A DNA stretch of 64,000 nt from Lingula anatina (GCA_051362555.1 CM120645.1:12400001-12464000); one strand, 5' to 3'; positions 37,815 through 51,335 are shown, counted from the first letter of the stretch. The notes: a model not told the origin generated them from the sequence alone. Made by a program: numbers and translations.

Positions 37815-38789
37815 TATGCCATGATTCACAAAACTTTTCTGCAACATTACTGTTTGTTGGCAGGCTCTGAGGGCCGTAACTCCTGTGATCAATTCTCCAA
37901 TCCCTAATTCTTATTATGGGTATTTTTTTTTTTGAAGGATCCACACCTCAATGCTTCCTTAGATGGTACATTTTTCTAAAGGTTTAACTGCTTTTGTTCT
38001 ATAAAGAACATGTACCAGAGACACTTGCTCCTACCAGCTAATTACATAATAGCTCATAATGATATAATGCAATTTGAAAACCAACCTCATATCCTGAAGA
38101 AAGGATCTTTTAGCTATTGTATGGTGGATCGGCTTAAAGTTTAATACTAAGAAAATTTATCTAAATGCAAGCTTGATTAAGGGCAAAAGACACGAAAATG
38201 TTCGTAACTTTCATACATCTCCCTTTACCTCAGAATCACTGGAACACTATCTACATACACAACTGCAAGAAGTTCCTTTACTGAATACAGTTTACTATAC
38301 TTCACTTCACTTCACTTCACTGCTCTTTGTTGCCACCTCAACTAATACAATTTCTCACAGAAAGGGAACATTTCTTGCCTTGGCTGAATATTTGATGTTT
38401 TAAACCTCTTCCAAAAACCAAACACGTACTTAGAGTCTATCCCCCAAAGGTAGGCTTCCTTTCCCTTCCCTTCCTCCAGTTCCAGGTCCAAAAAACTGTG
38501 ACTGCTATAATATCTGAACTTTTCCCATCAAGTTCTACTCACCTAAGCTCTCTATCCAACAGCCTAGAAACTTACTCCTTATTCTCACCTTGACAGAGGG
38601 TTTTCAACATGCCTTCCCCTCCTCCACATACCAAGGTAGATGACCTCTTCCCCTCTTACCTTTACTATAACAGATGTCCATCAAAGCATGTGGTTTGGGA
38701 GGAAAATTGGCAACATACAGATCAAGTATCCTGCCACCATGGGAAAATAACAAACACTGATTAATTACCTCGATGTGGTGGTTGCTTAC

Positions 38790-38842
38790 CTGGAAGGTTC
38801 TCAATACTAGTAGTAAACCCTTGTGTCTGATCTATAGCTTCC
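38790..38842 (-). other. Candidate 53-nt exon
   Basis: Acceptor atattttcAG and donor CAG|GTAAGC. One open frame: EAIDQTQGFTTSIENLP. Confidence 0.35.
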
Positions 38843-38957
38843 CTGAAAATATTTATACGTTGAAGGAATCCTATTTTAGAATGAATGGTCTCTGCTAGTT
38901 GTGTTTCCGGATGAGATATTTATTCATTCAAGGAAAAAAGGAGGAAGGCTAATTTTT

Positions 38958-39076
<119 letters not shown>

Positions 39077-42000
39077 AGGTGTGTGTGGTGTCTGTCTATC
39101 TTTACCATCTTCCTATCTTTGGCAAAAGTTTTCTTCATATTTGTTTTTCTTGGAAAAAAAGGTGGAAGCACAGGAAAACTGCCGAGTCAAGTCGTAAAGA
39201 CAGCAGAATTAATTTTCTCAATGAGTGGTGATGAAAGTCATCCATCATGTGAGACAAAAATGAAATGTATATGACATATGTGGTACAGAGACACAATATG
39301 GAAGAAATCAAATCAGAAACATGGCGTGGGGGGGTGGGGGAGACCCATCTCTGGCTGGGAAAATTTCTGCTCTGAATCAAAATTTGATAAAGATTCTAGG
39401 AAGAAGCATAGATTTTTTTTTCAATAACACATAATTGTCAGCTAGAGGCCTGTTGAAAGCCTGGCAAACTGCCACTTATTCCACTTAGCTGTGCTTATTT
39501 TAAAAAGTTAACTGTCAAACATTCTTTCTCATTATCCAAAAATTGAATTAAGTCTTTCAATCTGACGGACAAAATACAGAGGATGTGTATGGTCCAAGGA
39601 AACATCCCCGCCCCTGGTTCTTAAATGAAGTTATAAACTGACTTGCATAATGCATGGCCTGTGGGTGTTGACAGGATGATAGCCTATTACTTTAGGCCAA
39701 GCGGGTAGTCTGTGAAAAAATACACTGGCAGTATGCAAGGCTTTGGGCAAAAGTTATCCCATGAGTGGAGGAGTGTTCACTGATTTGGTTTAAAAACACC
39801 TTTGCAATTAACACTACTTCAGGTGCAAGTTTCCACCCCACAACCCCGTAAGGGAACGTGCGTGGTTCCACATACAGAGCCACCCGTAGAGCAACACAAG
39901 TCAATATTTTTATCAGAATCAGGAACAACTTGTACTTGAAGTTATGTTTACTGCCAAAATCAACATATGACATCAACCAATATACCGAGAAATGAATGCC
40001 TGGGAGAGATGAGTCAGAGAACAGCTTTTTTCAAATCAAAACATCTCAACTTTAAAAATGTAATGATTTGTGTGAGGTTTAAATTATGAGCTAATTGTAC
40101 CCCTTACAGAATTTATCAACATATTTACCTTAATAATGAGTTTCGTATTTTTTGAGAAACCTTGACACAAACTTCAAAGTGGGGAGAAATCGGAAATTCA
40201 TTGTCTTACTTTTGTTTTAATACTCGCCTGCATTCCAGGGTAAGTGTGGTGTTGACAGAGTGAATACTTCCACTTGAGATGGACCACGATGGACCAAATT
40301 CACAAATAAAACAAAAACCTTGACAAAAAATAGTCTAAATTTTCAGTAATTGTTGGTCTATAACATTGGTCTTTTAGGGCAGCACATTATTCGATTTGAT
40401 TCAACTTTTACTGATTCATCATAGGTAAAATTTGCCTAAATATCTGGTTTTAAAACTTAGACCACATTTTAGCCTATAATACTTCTTCGGAAAAAAAAAC
40501 TAATGTCTGACAACATTCTGAACCAAGCAAAGAGCAATAGTGCAAGCAAACTTTCTCTATACACCTGTGTCTGGCCATAGAGACATAGAGACATCTGAGT
40601 AATTAACCAGACTTCCTACTGCCTTACCCAACTACAGACATGTTTACTGAGAAAACATCCAGGAGACACTCACCACACCCAATTCTAGGAAATTCTAGGA
40701 GCCAGGGAAACAAATATATCTGCTTGAATGGGTGCTTTTGGGAATATGTCAGGCATCATCTTCCTTGTCTTCATACCATATATAATGATTTTCACATGTT
40801 AAAATAACACACCAAAACTGAAATGTTCATTTAGTCTTCAACAAACTTATCATATCTTCTTATCATTATCATTAAACACCGCCTTCAGTTTCAGTTTCAG
40901 TTTCACATGAGCGACCATCCCAGGTTCAACTCCGAGGGAGCACGTGAAACGTGAAGTTTCTTCATAGCTCACTGTACATTTCAAAATGTTTACCAATTTA
41001 CAAATCTTCCACCTTGAAACTTTGACATGAATTTAACTTTTCGGGCATTTGTCTACCATTAAAATTTACGCCAGTGAGAGCCCAGACCAACCTCAAAACA
41101 ACAGGGACACAAGTAATAACAAACAGAGAGCAATCCAGTCATCTGACATCCAGTGATAATATAAGCCTCCTCACCACAATAACCACTACAGTCATCATTT
41201 GTGGGTGAATTCACACTTGATTTACAACCAATCTATCTCAGTTATGATAGGTAAGCCAGAACAAAGTGCTGTTGATGTAATTAGCTCTCTGTTAGCATAT
41301 ATAGCATTGTTCATGAAGCAATTGGACGAAATGTTACTTGTACGGTGACAGCTTGGTGTACATGCTGCACACCCATTGCGTTACTTACAATCAGCATGGT
41401 CATGTTAGTGTTTTGCATATTGGTCTTTATCTTTATCATCAGAGACAAAAATCACAAACAGAGCCCAAAATGTACATCTATCTGGCCAACCACTAATACA
41501 TTAAGCCCAACGATTGATTCTAGTTAAGACTGCTAAATATTATAGCCAACTATCTTGCAGTTTTCAAAGAATCAAATAGGCACCTTACCTTATTTTCCCC
41601 ATCTTTGAACTAAGCCCCTTGAGCGAACTGTGATTGTTTCTACATTGATTTTTACACAGAGAGATGACAATAGCCACTTCAGGTATGTCAGCTACATTCT
41701 TTGTGAGCCAATAGTTCATAACTTGTTCTACAGCCAGTATCTTTAAATGCCAATTTTACAGAGCTGGCTTTTCAAGTTTAGCGCTCTACACTAAGCCCTC
41801 CCAAAAAGACTAGACTTTTTATGACACTGGTCCCTGCTTTCAAGTATGGTATACAAAAAATACATGCAGACACGAAATCTGAAATTACACAATCATGTCT
41901 GAGCACGGATGTGGGAAGAAGTGCTTGTTCCCCTGAGAAACATCACAAAGAAAGTTCATTAAGTTGAACTGACGAATGTCAATACAATTATAAAGAATCA

Positions 42001-42531
42001 ATTAGAAAAACAACATGTAAACCAGTATATAAATGCAATTTACACAGTTCGGCAAATTGCAACTCTTTCATTAATTGACTTGGAGTGATATCACAGAAAT
42101 GCACAGGGCAAACAATAAAATAATTGCAAGACCAATAAAACTTGATATCTGACTTGACTGAGATCCCCTAGTGCAAAGACCAAGACAAAGATGTTAATGT
42201 TAGTGCCAATCTCTCCATACCACTACAATATGTGCATTTATGTACAAAAATATTGCCTTTTAACACACTGACAAATCTTCCTTTTTAGTGTTCTAATCCA
42301 ATATGAAGCATTCATTTCTATACTATTCATATTGCTATAATGTGCACTTTTCAGTGTGAATGTGCAAGTATATATGCATTATTGAAGCTTGCTTTTCAAC
42401 CTTTATTCTCTTCCCAGATATTCTATGTATTGTTACAGGGGATTCATTTGCAAATACAATTCCAAAACTCTAACCCCAAAGAAAAATACATGTCAAGCTG
42501 TACATAATCAATTGTAGTCCACAAGTCTTAC

Positions 42532-42585
42532 CTGCAGTCAGCAACTTCTTATCAACACTTACAACAGTGACTCTCCCAATGCAAT
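42532..42585 (-). other. Candidate 54-nt symmetric (phase 1-1) exon
   Basis: Acceptor tttaatgattttattttacttacAG and donor CAG|GTAAGA. The only open frame is xCIGRVTVVSVDKKLLTA. Confidence 0.5.
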
Positions 42586-43164
42586 CTGTAAGTAAAATAA
42601 AATCATTAAATAATCTTCATTAATTCTTACATTTGGGGCCACCCAATTAATAGAAAAGAATCACATTCTGTGCTGTGTGAACTGCATGATCAAGTTATAC
42701 TGAAATGGAAAGGAAAAATTTAATGCCAACAACAAACTACCCACATAGTTATAACTACTGCTGCTGAACATGACTCATAGAAGTTTTCTACTAATCAGGA
42801 TCATAATAATAAATTTCAGTGATGCCAGATTACACATACCAATTCATGAAATTCCCCAGAGGCAAGAGCTTAACAGTTAAATGCCTTTGCTTACGATCAT
42901 GCAACAACATTTTTAGCTTTTAAAAAAGCTGCAAAACCGGTGTCAGCAACCAAACTATACTAATCAGCTTCCAGCAAAAAAAAAAAAAGCAAAAAAAAAA
43001 AACCAAACTATTTGTGACACCTTCCAAATGTATACAACCCAGGTGTGCATTTGTTGACTATTACACAACAGTTTCAATTTTAGATCATAACATAAAACTC
43101 CCCACATTATTTCCCCCCTAACCCTATGTACCCCGAGTTTCTCACTTTTCTAAAAACTCACTTA

Positions 43165-43483
43165 CAGGCCTACCCAACTACCAGACTCGGCACCGAATGA
43201 TCCTGAATTCACCGGTAGATCAGACCACACTACCCGTTTTCAAGGTGTGTGTCAGATCGCATTACACAGTATCATACCCTGAACAAATTTTGATTGGTGA
43301 TGCAATGCTTTTCAACCCCGCTGAGAATCGTCACTATCGCGATGTGCATACTAGGCAAGAGCGGTGTCGCGTCTGATACTGTGTAATGCGATCTGACACA
43401 CACCTTGAAAACGGGTAGTGTGGTCTGATCTACCGGTGAATTCAGGATCATTCGGTGCCGAGTCTGGTAGTTGGGTAGGCCTG
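43165..43483. mobile_element. 319-bp MITE with 110-bp TIRs and 5-bp TSD (hAT5-like)
   Basis: CAGGCCTACCC...GGGTAGGCCTG. Arms 43165-43274 and 43374-43483 appear perfect. ACTTA at 43160-64 and 43484-88. Confidence 0.92.
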
Positions 43484-43610
43484 ACTTAGATTAACATGCT
43501 TCCTGCAAGTGTTGAGTAGACTACGGAAAAGCCGGTGGTTTTACAAGTATATTGGCAATAAGATAATACCTGAAATATGATTGCATTCAGTAAGAGTCCA
43601 CACGGAGTTA

Positions 43611-43836
43611 CACCCCATTTCCATAGATTTTTAGATCGATCTATCCCTGTGGGGAGTCTCACTAGATTACTGTCAGCTTGGCCGGCTTAAGCGTCTGTCC
43701 CGCCTACTAAAAGCTGTAAGGGGGTAATTAACTATGGTGTCCGCTCAGCTGACTGCAATTTAGCCTGAACCCCCAGGGAGTTAGGTCGATCTAAAACTTA
43801 ACCTTTAGATCGATCTAAATCTCTTGGAAAGCACCC
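43611..43836 (+). mobile_element. 226-bp MITE, family B (related to family A), TTA TSD
   Basis: TTA at 43608-10 and 43837-39. Termini CACCCCATTTCCA...TGGAAAGCACCC. The core GGGGAGTCTCACTAGATTACTGTCAG...CCCCAGGGAGTTAGGTCGAT is shared with family A. Confidence 0.86.
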
Positions 43837-44868
43837 TTAGATCAATCTATAGATGTAGAATGTTAGTTTATTAGGAATAGGCCCTCAGATTAAAGTTTCC
43901 AGTAAGCCGTGAAACTCAGGGTACCCCGCAGAATGCATGCTTTTTTCTTTCAAGGCCAACAACAACGGGAAGTAATTCATCAAGCACAGTTGGTGTCACT
44001 GCCACTGAAATATTTGTCTCCATCTTCAGAGGTCCTCAGCGGTCTTTGTTGTGTCACCACTCCACCCAATGGTGACATCCAGATATGCAACTCTGTGCTT
44101 TCTTTTTGATGCCAGCTTTTTTTTTTCCTATGGAGTATGCATTTTTTGTCTTAATTTGTTTCTTTTCTTTTCTCATTTTGTCCTGGAGGAAATATTTTAT
44201 CAGTTTAATGATCACACCCATTTCCACAATGATGTGAAGTAACAATTGCATGCATAAGAAGTTGACTGGGTGATTCTGCAATTTTTTGTTCTTTTTTTTT
44301 CCTTCCTGGAGGCATTTTTCATTTTAGATATATCTTGAGGGAAATTGATGATGAGAACTCAATTCAAAAATTTTGCACCCATTGTTTTTGCTTCTTTTTT
44401 TTTTCAAATTAATTCAATTGTCTTGGCATATATATTACCAACCTATGGGTCATGATGCTGAAGCAGCACTGAGAAGTCATTATTGCCATTTTTTTCTCCT
44501 CCAAGGGCAGACTAATAAATTTATTTCCTCTGGAAGAAGTTATTTTAATCTTTTAACTCTCAAGGCATGACATTATCTTAATAGTTATATTTAATACCTG
44601 TAGGAATGACTCATTAAAAAGATTGCTTGAAATTTGGAAACCTTCAAGCTAGCTCTTATATGCATATTGTAGAGATAAAAATTTAGCTGAAAACTTCATA
44701 CCCTACAGTTATGATTTAAATAGTCATGATGAACTTTAATTTCCATTTTAAAGATTTATACCTTAATTTGCAGTCTGCTTTAAGTCAGGGCCCCCGAGGA
44801 CAAAGACACACCCAAAGATGACATCTGAGGTTAAAGGCTAACCCCTCAGTAGCAAAAATGGTAAGCTT

Positions 44869-45137
44869 CAGGCCTACCCAGCTACCAGACTTGGCACAGA
44901 ATGATCCCGAATTCCGTGGTAGATTGGACCACACTACCCATTTTCAAGGTGTGCGTCAGCACGCGCTTCAAAGTAGCAGACGCGACACCGCTCTTGCCTT
45001 GCACGCCATGGGATAGCGATGATTCTGAGTGGGGTTGGAAAGTAGTGCATCTCAACTCAAAATTTGTTCTGGGGTATGATACTGTGAAATGCATACTGAT
45101 GCACACCTTGAAAACAGGCAGTGTGGTCTGATCTACC
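44869..45137. mobile_element. Diverged, truncated copy of the 43165 MITE family in opposite orientation
   Basis: Starts CAGGCCTACCCAGCTACCAGAC. The spacer GACGCGACACCGCTCTTGCC is the reverse complement of 43354-43373. The second TIR stops ~50 bp short. Confidence 0.85.
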
Positions 45138-45267
45138 ATCTCATACCACACTTTTAGTACTATTTATTCTTTGCTTTGATTCTCTAACCCTACTTTAACC
45201 CCACCACCACCACCACAATCCTTCTTATCCATCTCATACTGAACTTTTAGTTCTAATTCTTTGCTTT

Positions 45268-45569
45268 GATCGCATTCACAAGGAGTTGATCCATGGCTTT
45301 ACAAATCCTGGAACTAAATATGGCAGACGTACATAAAAGAAAACCCGCCTAATCTTTTAATAGTCTCTCCGCCTCTCACACGCCTCCCCATGCGTCGTCC
45401 CTGCAGGGGTACAGTCATTAAATCTCGTCTCCATTGGGACGACACATGGGGAGGCGTGTCAGAGGCGGAGAGACTATTAAACGGTTAGGCGGTTTTTCTT
45501 TCATGTACATCGGCCATAGTTAGTTCCAGGATTTGTAAAGCCATGGCTCAACTCGTTGTGAATGCGATC
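45268..45569. mobile_element. 302-bp palindromic Harbinger-like MITE, TTT TSD
   Basis: GATCGCATTCACAA...TTGTGAATGCGATC flanked by TTT/TTT. Arms are ~130 bp and homologous to those of 52707-53252. Confidence 0.87.
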
Positions 45570-45631
45570 TTTAATTCTATAAAGCAGTTTTTGCATACCC
45601 CCCCCCTCCCCTCTACCACAATCCATCTTAA

Positions 45632-46742
45632 CCCCATAGAGCCCATCACCGCATATGTGCGGTTCAATTATCGCTTACCCCAAACGCCCAGAACCGCATA
45701 TGTGCGTATCTTGGAAAGATCGTCTTCTGTACTCTTTTGTATCGCGAGTCATGAAATGATATATAGTTTAACATCCGGGCATGTTTCTTGTCTCTCATTG
45801 CCACCATTTTTAAAGGCGATAGAAATATATATGAGCGAGAAAACGGCGATTTTCAAGACTTAGTTGGAGAAAGTAAAATCAAGATGGCGGCTCCTCGCTA
45901 CGGTAGGGACCTGCGAAGGGATACTGTTATTGAAATGATTGAAAATCCGGACTTTGAAGAGAAGTTTTCGTGTGACAGTAACATAGACAGTGGCGTTGAT
46001 ATTCATTTATTTATGATATAAAGGACGATAGAAATATATATGAGCGAGAAATCGGCGATTTTCTAGACCTAGCTGGTGAAAGTAAAATCAAAATGGCGAC
46101 TTCTCTCTACGGAAGGGGCCTGCAAATGAATACTGTTATTGAAATGATTGAAAACTACGACACTGATAAGGTGTTTTCGAGTGACAGTGATATAGACAGT
46201 GGGGATGATATTCCTTTATTCATGATACAAGTTTTAAAGATGTTTTTGTCATAGATGGTGTAAAAATTTGACTTCTATTCAGCTCTGGCCACGATGTTCA
46301 GGTGAGCTGAAAAGCTGGTATACCTGATAGCAAAACAATCATAACTTGAAAATTGATAGAGATAAATTGCTGAAATTTCCTGGATTGAAAGTTACTATAA
46401 TTGACATCATCCCTGTGAATTTTCAGGCAAATGTATGTAGAAATAAAAAATTGATGTGCATAAGATAAATCAACTTTGTTTTATTTTACCCATTACCAAA
46501 TGAAAATGTAGTTTTTAACCGGCTATAACTTTTGATACTGCATGTTAAATTTAAATGTAATTCTATTTTGATTTAGCCTGAAATATTGGCTTTTTAAAAA
46601 TGTATACTTTGTATGGGTAATAAAGGCAAACAAATAAATTATGACCAATTTACTGAGGTGACCCGGCTTTTCAAGGCTAGCTCACAGAATTAATTGGGCA
46701 CAGCAGAGCTTTATGGGTCAGCATTAACTGGATCCTATGGGG
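45632..46742 (+). mobile_element. Non-autonomous piggyBac element (1111 bp)
   Basis: TTAA at 45628-31 and 46743-46. Termini CCCCATAG...CTATGGGG. Sub-terminal ACCGCATATGTGCG occurs twice. Contains a duplicated acidic N-terminus-like peptide. Confidence 0.85.
45812..46229 (+). pseudogene. Tandemly duplicated (~209 bp) putative piggyBac transposase 5' end
   Basis: ATG 45884 opens MAAPRYGRDLRRDTVIEMIENPDFEEKFSCDSNIDSGVDI; ATG 46093 opens MATSLYGRGLQMNTVIEMIENYDTDKVFSSDSDIDSGDDI. The D/E/S-rich composition is like piggyBac transposase N-termini. No catalytic domain. Confidence 0.55.
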
Positions 46743-49700
46743 TTAACCATCATCCCCCACAACATAATCTGGACCACCACCACTACAGCTGATACCAACC
46801 ACTTGATCACAGAGTATTTTGTCAACTCCACACTCAACAACAATTGGCCATTAGGCTTTGTTGCATGTCATTAGCAAACCCGTGGCTTTAATTGGCACTA
46901 TTGACGACTAATCACATGTTCAAAGTATCGATCTGTTCCTCCTTCCCCCCTCAGTCCTAATTTGATGGGATCATTTGCATGAATAAGTAGCTCCAGCATC
47001 ATTAGGTACTTGTCTGGTGCCGTGTTCACACTGGAGCTTTTTTAGACCAGTTCTAAATTGTTCAAGATCCAAAAATAAATCAGTTGCATAATTCTCTAAT
47101 CTATGATCTTTTTCACCCCCTGAACCCCTGAACTTTATAACACACAACATTTAACAGAGAACAAAATACGTGCAGAAACATGGTACACAATTAGTTGATT
47201 GCAGTCAATCAAATTATACACTTTAACGCAAGAATGAACTGACACCGTCTATCCAGAAACCATGTGGACAAATCAATTGTGAATGCGTCCTCATGTTGTC
47301 TACATAATAACAGCCTTCACACCTAGAGTGTCTTAGAGAACAAAGTTGTCCCCAGATTATATCAGCTAAGGAGCTTACATCATGGGATATCATTAACGGC
47401 TCTCACATCTGTGTGGGGGATGGGAAAATAGCGTATCCACTTAGAGGACAATAAGGCCGCATTAATCCATCCTAAGATGCTCAGTGATGTCTTTGGTGGT
47501 ATAATTGGCAAATCAATTAGCAGCTGAGAAGACCACAACTGAGGAGGAAAGAAGAGATAAAAACAGGCTGTGTTCTGTCAGTTATAACTGTAAAATTAAT
47601 TTAGTTTAACAGAAATTCAACACTTTGGCTCACCACTGGATTGTCACTATACCCACCCCAACAGCCTGTTCTGATCTGAAATTCTTGTCACATTCTTCAT
47701 TTTTACCAAACACGCTTTCATGTTTCAGGTAGCAGACATTTGGTTCCACAAGTGAACTGTTGTTCTGATCCCACACCTCTGCGAATATTAAATTATAACA
47801 ATTGTTCTCTAAAACCATACTAAATGTGACCTTATTACTAGACCAGTTGAATAAAAACATATGCAAAAATTACATCAAAATCAACATGAAATATCAAGGT
47901 GCCTTATACCAGTGGAAACATCTATGCAAATACAAGCACAAGGCCCAGTGTACACAGCAAAAACAGGAACAGAAGCGTTCTGATGAAAGACTTACATGTG
48001 TAATAACATCATAAGTGTGGTAGCACACTCTTGCTTGTCTAATCAAAACAACCTAATGACAACCACAGACCTAAAACTGTCAAATAATTCCTGTTGCTAT
48101 GGCAACAAGAAATTAAGAGCACAACCTATGTCAGTGACTGACGAGCAAGCAGTACAGAAATGCAACACAAACAGAAGATCAGTTTTTTGCTTACAGTACC
48201 CAGCTCCTACCTATCTGTATCTAAAAATTCTCCATCATAGAGCATAAACTTACCAGTTCGCCTCTGAGTAAAACTGTGCATTTGAGGAACAAAACTGCAA
48301 CATTTGCCTAAGTGCCTCATAAAAACCCATGATCTAATGTAATTCCTCATAATTATGTTACAACAGCTCTATCATTCATCAAAACAGAGAGAGGAAATTC
48401 CAGAGGCAATATCCTGTGTAACTTAACTACAGTGTAGTAGACATGCAGTCTTCTAGGTACACAGGATAACATAAACCACTTAGTCTAGCCACTATTACAT
48501 CAACTACTGAATAGCAGACTTTTGAACAGCATGAAGAAACCTGCTATTAACTGTCCAAATAAACCACGGACTTAAGCAACATAACTCAAGGCACTTTTGA
48601 TTGTTATTTGTTAAGTATCAGAAAACGGTATCTTTTACTTAATAAAAGTTCAACCTGCTTCTATCAAGAATGTTTCCTGTTACAATCAATTTTCTCCAAT
48701 TAAATATCTGAGTGGAGTATTTTGCCTGCCAGAGATGCAGCATACAGCAAAAATGCGAGATCAGTGAAAGAGGAAACCTTTACCTGACATCGAACAGCCA
48801 TCTGCCAGCAGAAAGTTTGTTTGCACAATTTAGGAACTCAATTTTCTCTCCTTTACCACCAGCGCAGCTCCCGTGTTCATCACTCCATCTAACTAGAATA
48901 GAAGCTGTTCCTATTACATTGGGATGTCAGTGCATGCTTTCTGTTTCACCAAATCTGGGCAAGTCTATTTTGGGTTTTCCGAGGCAGGAGAGAAAAAATT
49001 TCAATTTCAATTCCATTAATTTGACAACATGTCACTAGTGGCGATTTGTCATATGTTTGTTCTAAAGTTTTACTTTCTATTACATTGTATGAGAATGTAT
49101 CTTGTTTTCTGGTAAAATTTGAAAATGTATCAAAAGGGCGACCTATCCTTTCCCACCTCTGGCAAAAATGATCTAATCCAGCGAGCAGCAGAAGATTCAG
49201 TTGTCACAAGCAGTCCAATCAGTCACAGTGGGAGACAAACCAGTCCTCCCCTCCCCCTTCCTTTCTAATCTGCCTTAATCCACTTGACCACTGCAATTAA
49301 CAGCTCCATTAACTAGCCACTGGTCAAGATTAGATACTGGATGCTAGAGGGTGGTCACTGTCCATTGATCTGTTATGAAGGCCTGTTTACACTGTGGATA
49401 ACATGGTGCAAACCCAAAGTGCACCAGGTTCAAATAAGTCAGCATACATGCTGTGAAGTTTTAACCTCTTTAATCATGTTGAAAATTGACCAAATTCAGA
49501 ATTTTCTCTAGAATTTTGACTGGCACATAAATTTGAAACCACTGGTTAAAAATCTTTAATCTGCTCTTTTTAAGTTTGTGAAGTTCTATGAATGTAAATG
49601 AGTAAATGTAATATTTTATCCCAAAATTATTGATAAAATTAATAAAAGTCATAAATTATCTTTTCATTCTTTTGTGATTATCAACGTTCCCACTACCTTT

Positions 49701-50316
49701 TTTATCTTTAATTTGTTAGTTTATAGCCATTTTGAAAATGCTGAAATGAAGAAATAGATCATTATGATTAATTCTTACTATCAAATATGAAATTAATGTA
49801 CTACCAAAAATCACTTTGTAAAAGTTATTGGAAAAGCACTTTGCACTCCTCTTCCTTGCCCCCCCCCCCCCCCCCCCCCCCTCAATTAAGTACCCATTCT
49901 TCCTGGTGCACCCAGCTGTGGCAGTGCTATTATCTGCCCAATTTGTCACATGCTGTAATGGCCACACTCCCCAGGGACACCACCTGATTAATGGACAAGG
50001 TTACCAGTCTCTCTAGTGAGCATGAACACCACCCAACCGATTAGTATACAGAGACACTGAAGACTTTCTAGTCAGCCAGGACCCAACTACCTAACTTAAG
50101 GCTCATAACAAGTAAAGCTCTTCTAGAGTATAACTACTATTTGTTAGTAGATTGTTCACATATTTAAGGTAGTATATGTATATTCTAGTAACACTTAATA
50201 TATTTTATTAAACCAATTTACTTTTTTACAGCTGCAATGGTTTACTTATCAATCTGTACACTTATTTTGTTCAGATTTATCTAAAGCAGAATTTATAAAA
50301 TATATAATATAAAAAG

Positions 50317-50487
50317 CTGGGGTAGCGCTAACACTCGCCAATTTAGCCAAATGCTAACACTGACTGAAATTGGCTAAAGAAAAATGGCTAGATTTGACGT
50401 ATTAGCCAAATTATAGCCATTTTAACAACAAATTGACAAAAATGTGGTGATATGGCTCAGCGAAAAAAATTGCAAGTGCTACCCCAG
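50317..50487. mobile_element. 171-bp MITE with 5-bp TSD (hAT5-like)
   Basis: CTGGGGTAGC(G/A)CT...AGTGCTACCCCAG, flanked by AAAAG (50312-16, 50488-92). Internal TAGCCA/TGGCTA motifs are repeated in both orientations. Confidence 0.8.
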
Positions 50488-51335
50488 AAAAGTATTACTG
50501 ACTACCTGCAAGTCATCAAAACTGACCACAAGGATCACTCTCTGTGGGAGATGAAGACTCCATTACAGTCAATTACTCCAAATGAAGGCACTGACCACAA
50601 CAATACATCCTGACAAGAAAATCTTGAGGTAACAGCTCAAATCCTTCTTAACAGACAGGTAGCCTTGCACCAACTGCCCCCATCTCCAATCCACCCCCAC
50701 CTAAACAGGGTGACATAATTATAGTTTTCATAACACGTCACAGTCTTAAATATCTTGTTATAAACAATAAATCACACTGGATAGCAGGAAATGTATGGCT
50801 TAAGTAGCAAACTCAGAGTAAATCCTCAGTCAGCAGGAAGCCCCACTGGTCTCCAGGTGGGTACTCTCTCTCCTCCCACACAGGAGGGGCAATTTAATGC
50901 TCCAATTCCCCCCTGATCTAGGTTAATTACAGGTTAGACTCACATGCTTAATGATACAAAGACATAGGGTAAGTAGGTTTCTTCTCTGAGCTAACTAGAA
51001 CACCTACAACTTTATCATTTACTTCTCATATGGTTTTGATATGTTTGTCCTGACACTATTAACACATTTAAAAGTTTCTAAATTATTTCCATCAGATTTT
51101 TTTCTTTAGAACATTGACCATATCACATCCCAATTTGTTTGACTTAATCTGCTATGCACCTGAGGTAAATTATATAACAATCCATCTGAATAACTGCTGC
51201 AAGCTTAATTGTTTGTGAACTGACTTTAAATGTACTTGATCCTATTTCTATACAGATAGTAGAGATATTTACATAGAATAGATACCGCTTACTGTAACTA
51301 AAACAAATCCAATGTGCTTGCAACACACTTACTGA

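Noticed and set aside
40905-40960. Pol III B-box-like GGTTCAACTCC (tRNA or SINE head)
   Set aside because: No convincing A-box, cloverleaf, tail or second copy in the window.
47633-47674. 42-nt minus-strand exon candidate; similar weak candidates at ~54936 and ~62452
   Set aside because: Poor polypyrimidine tract or no paired acceptor; expected by chance.
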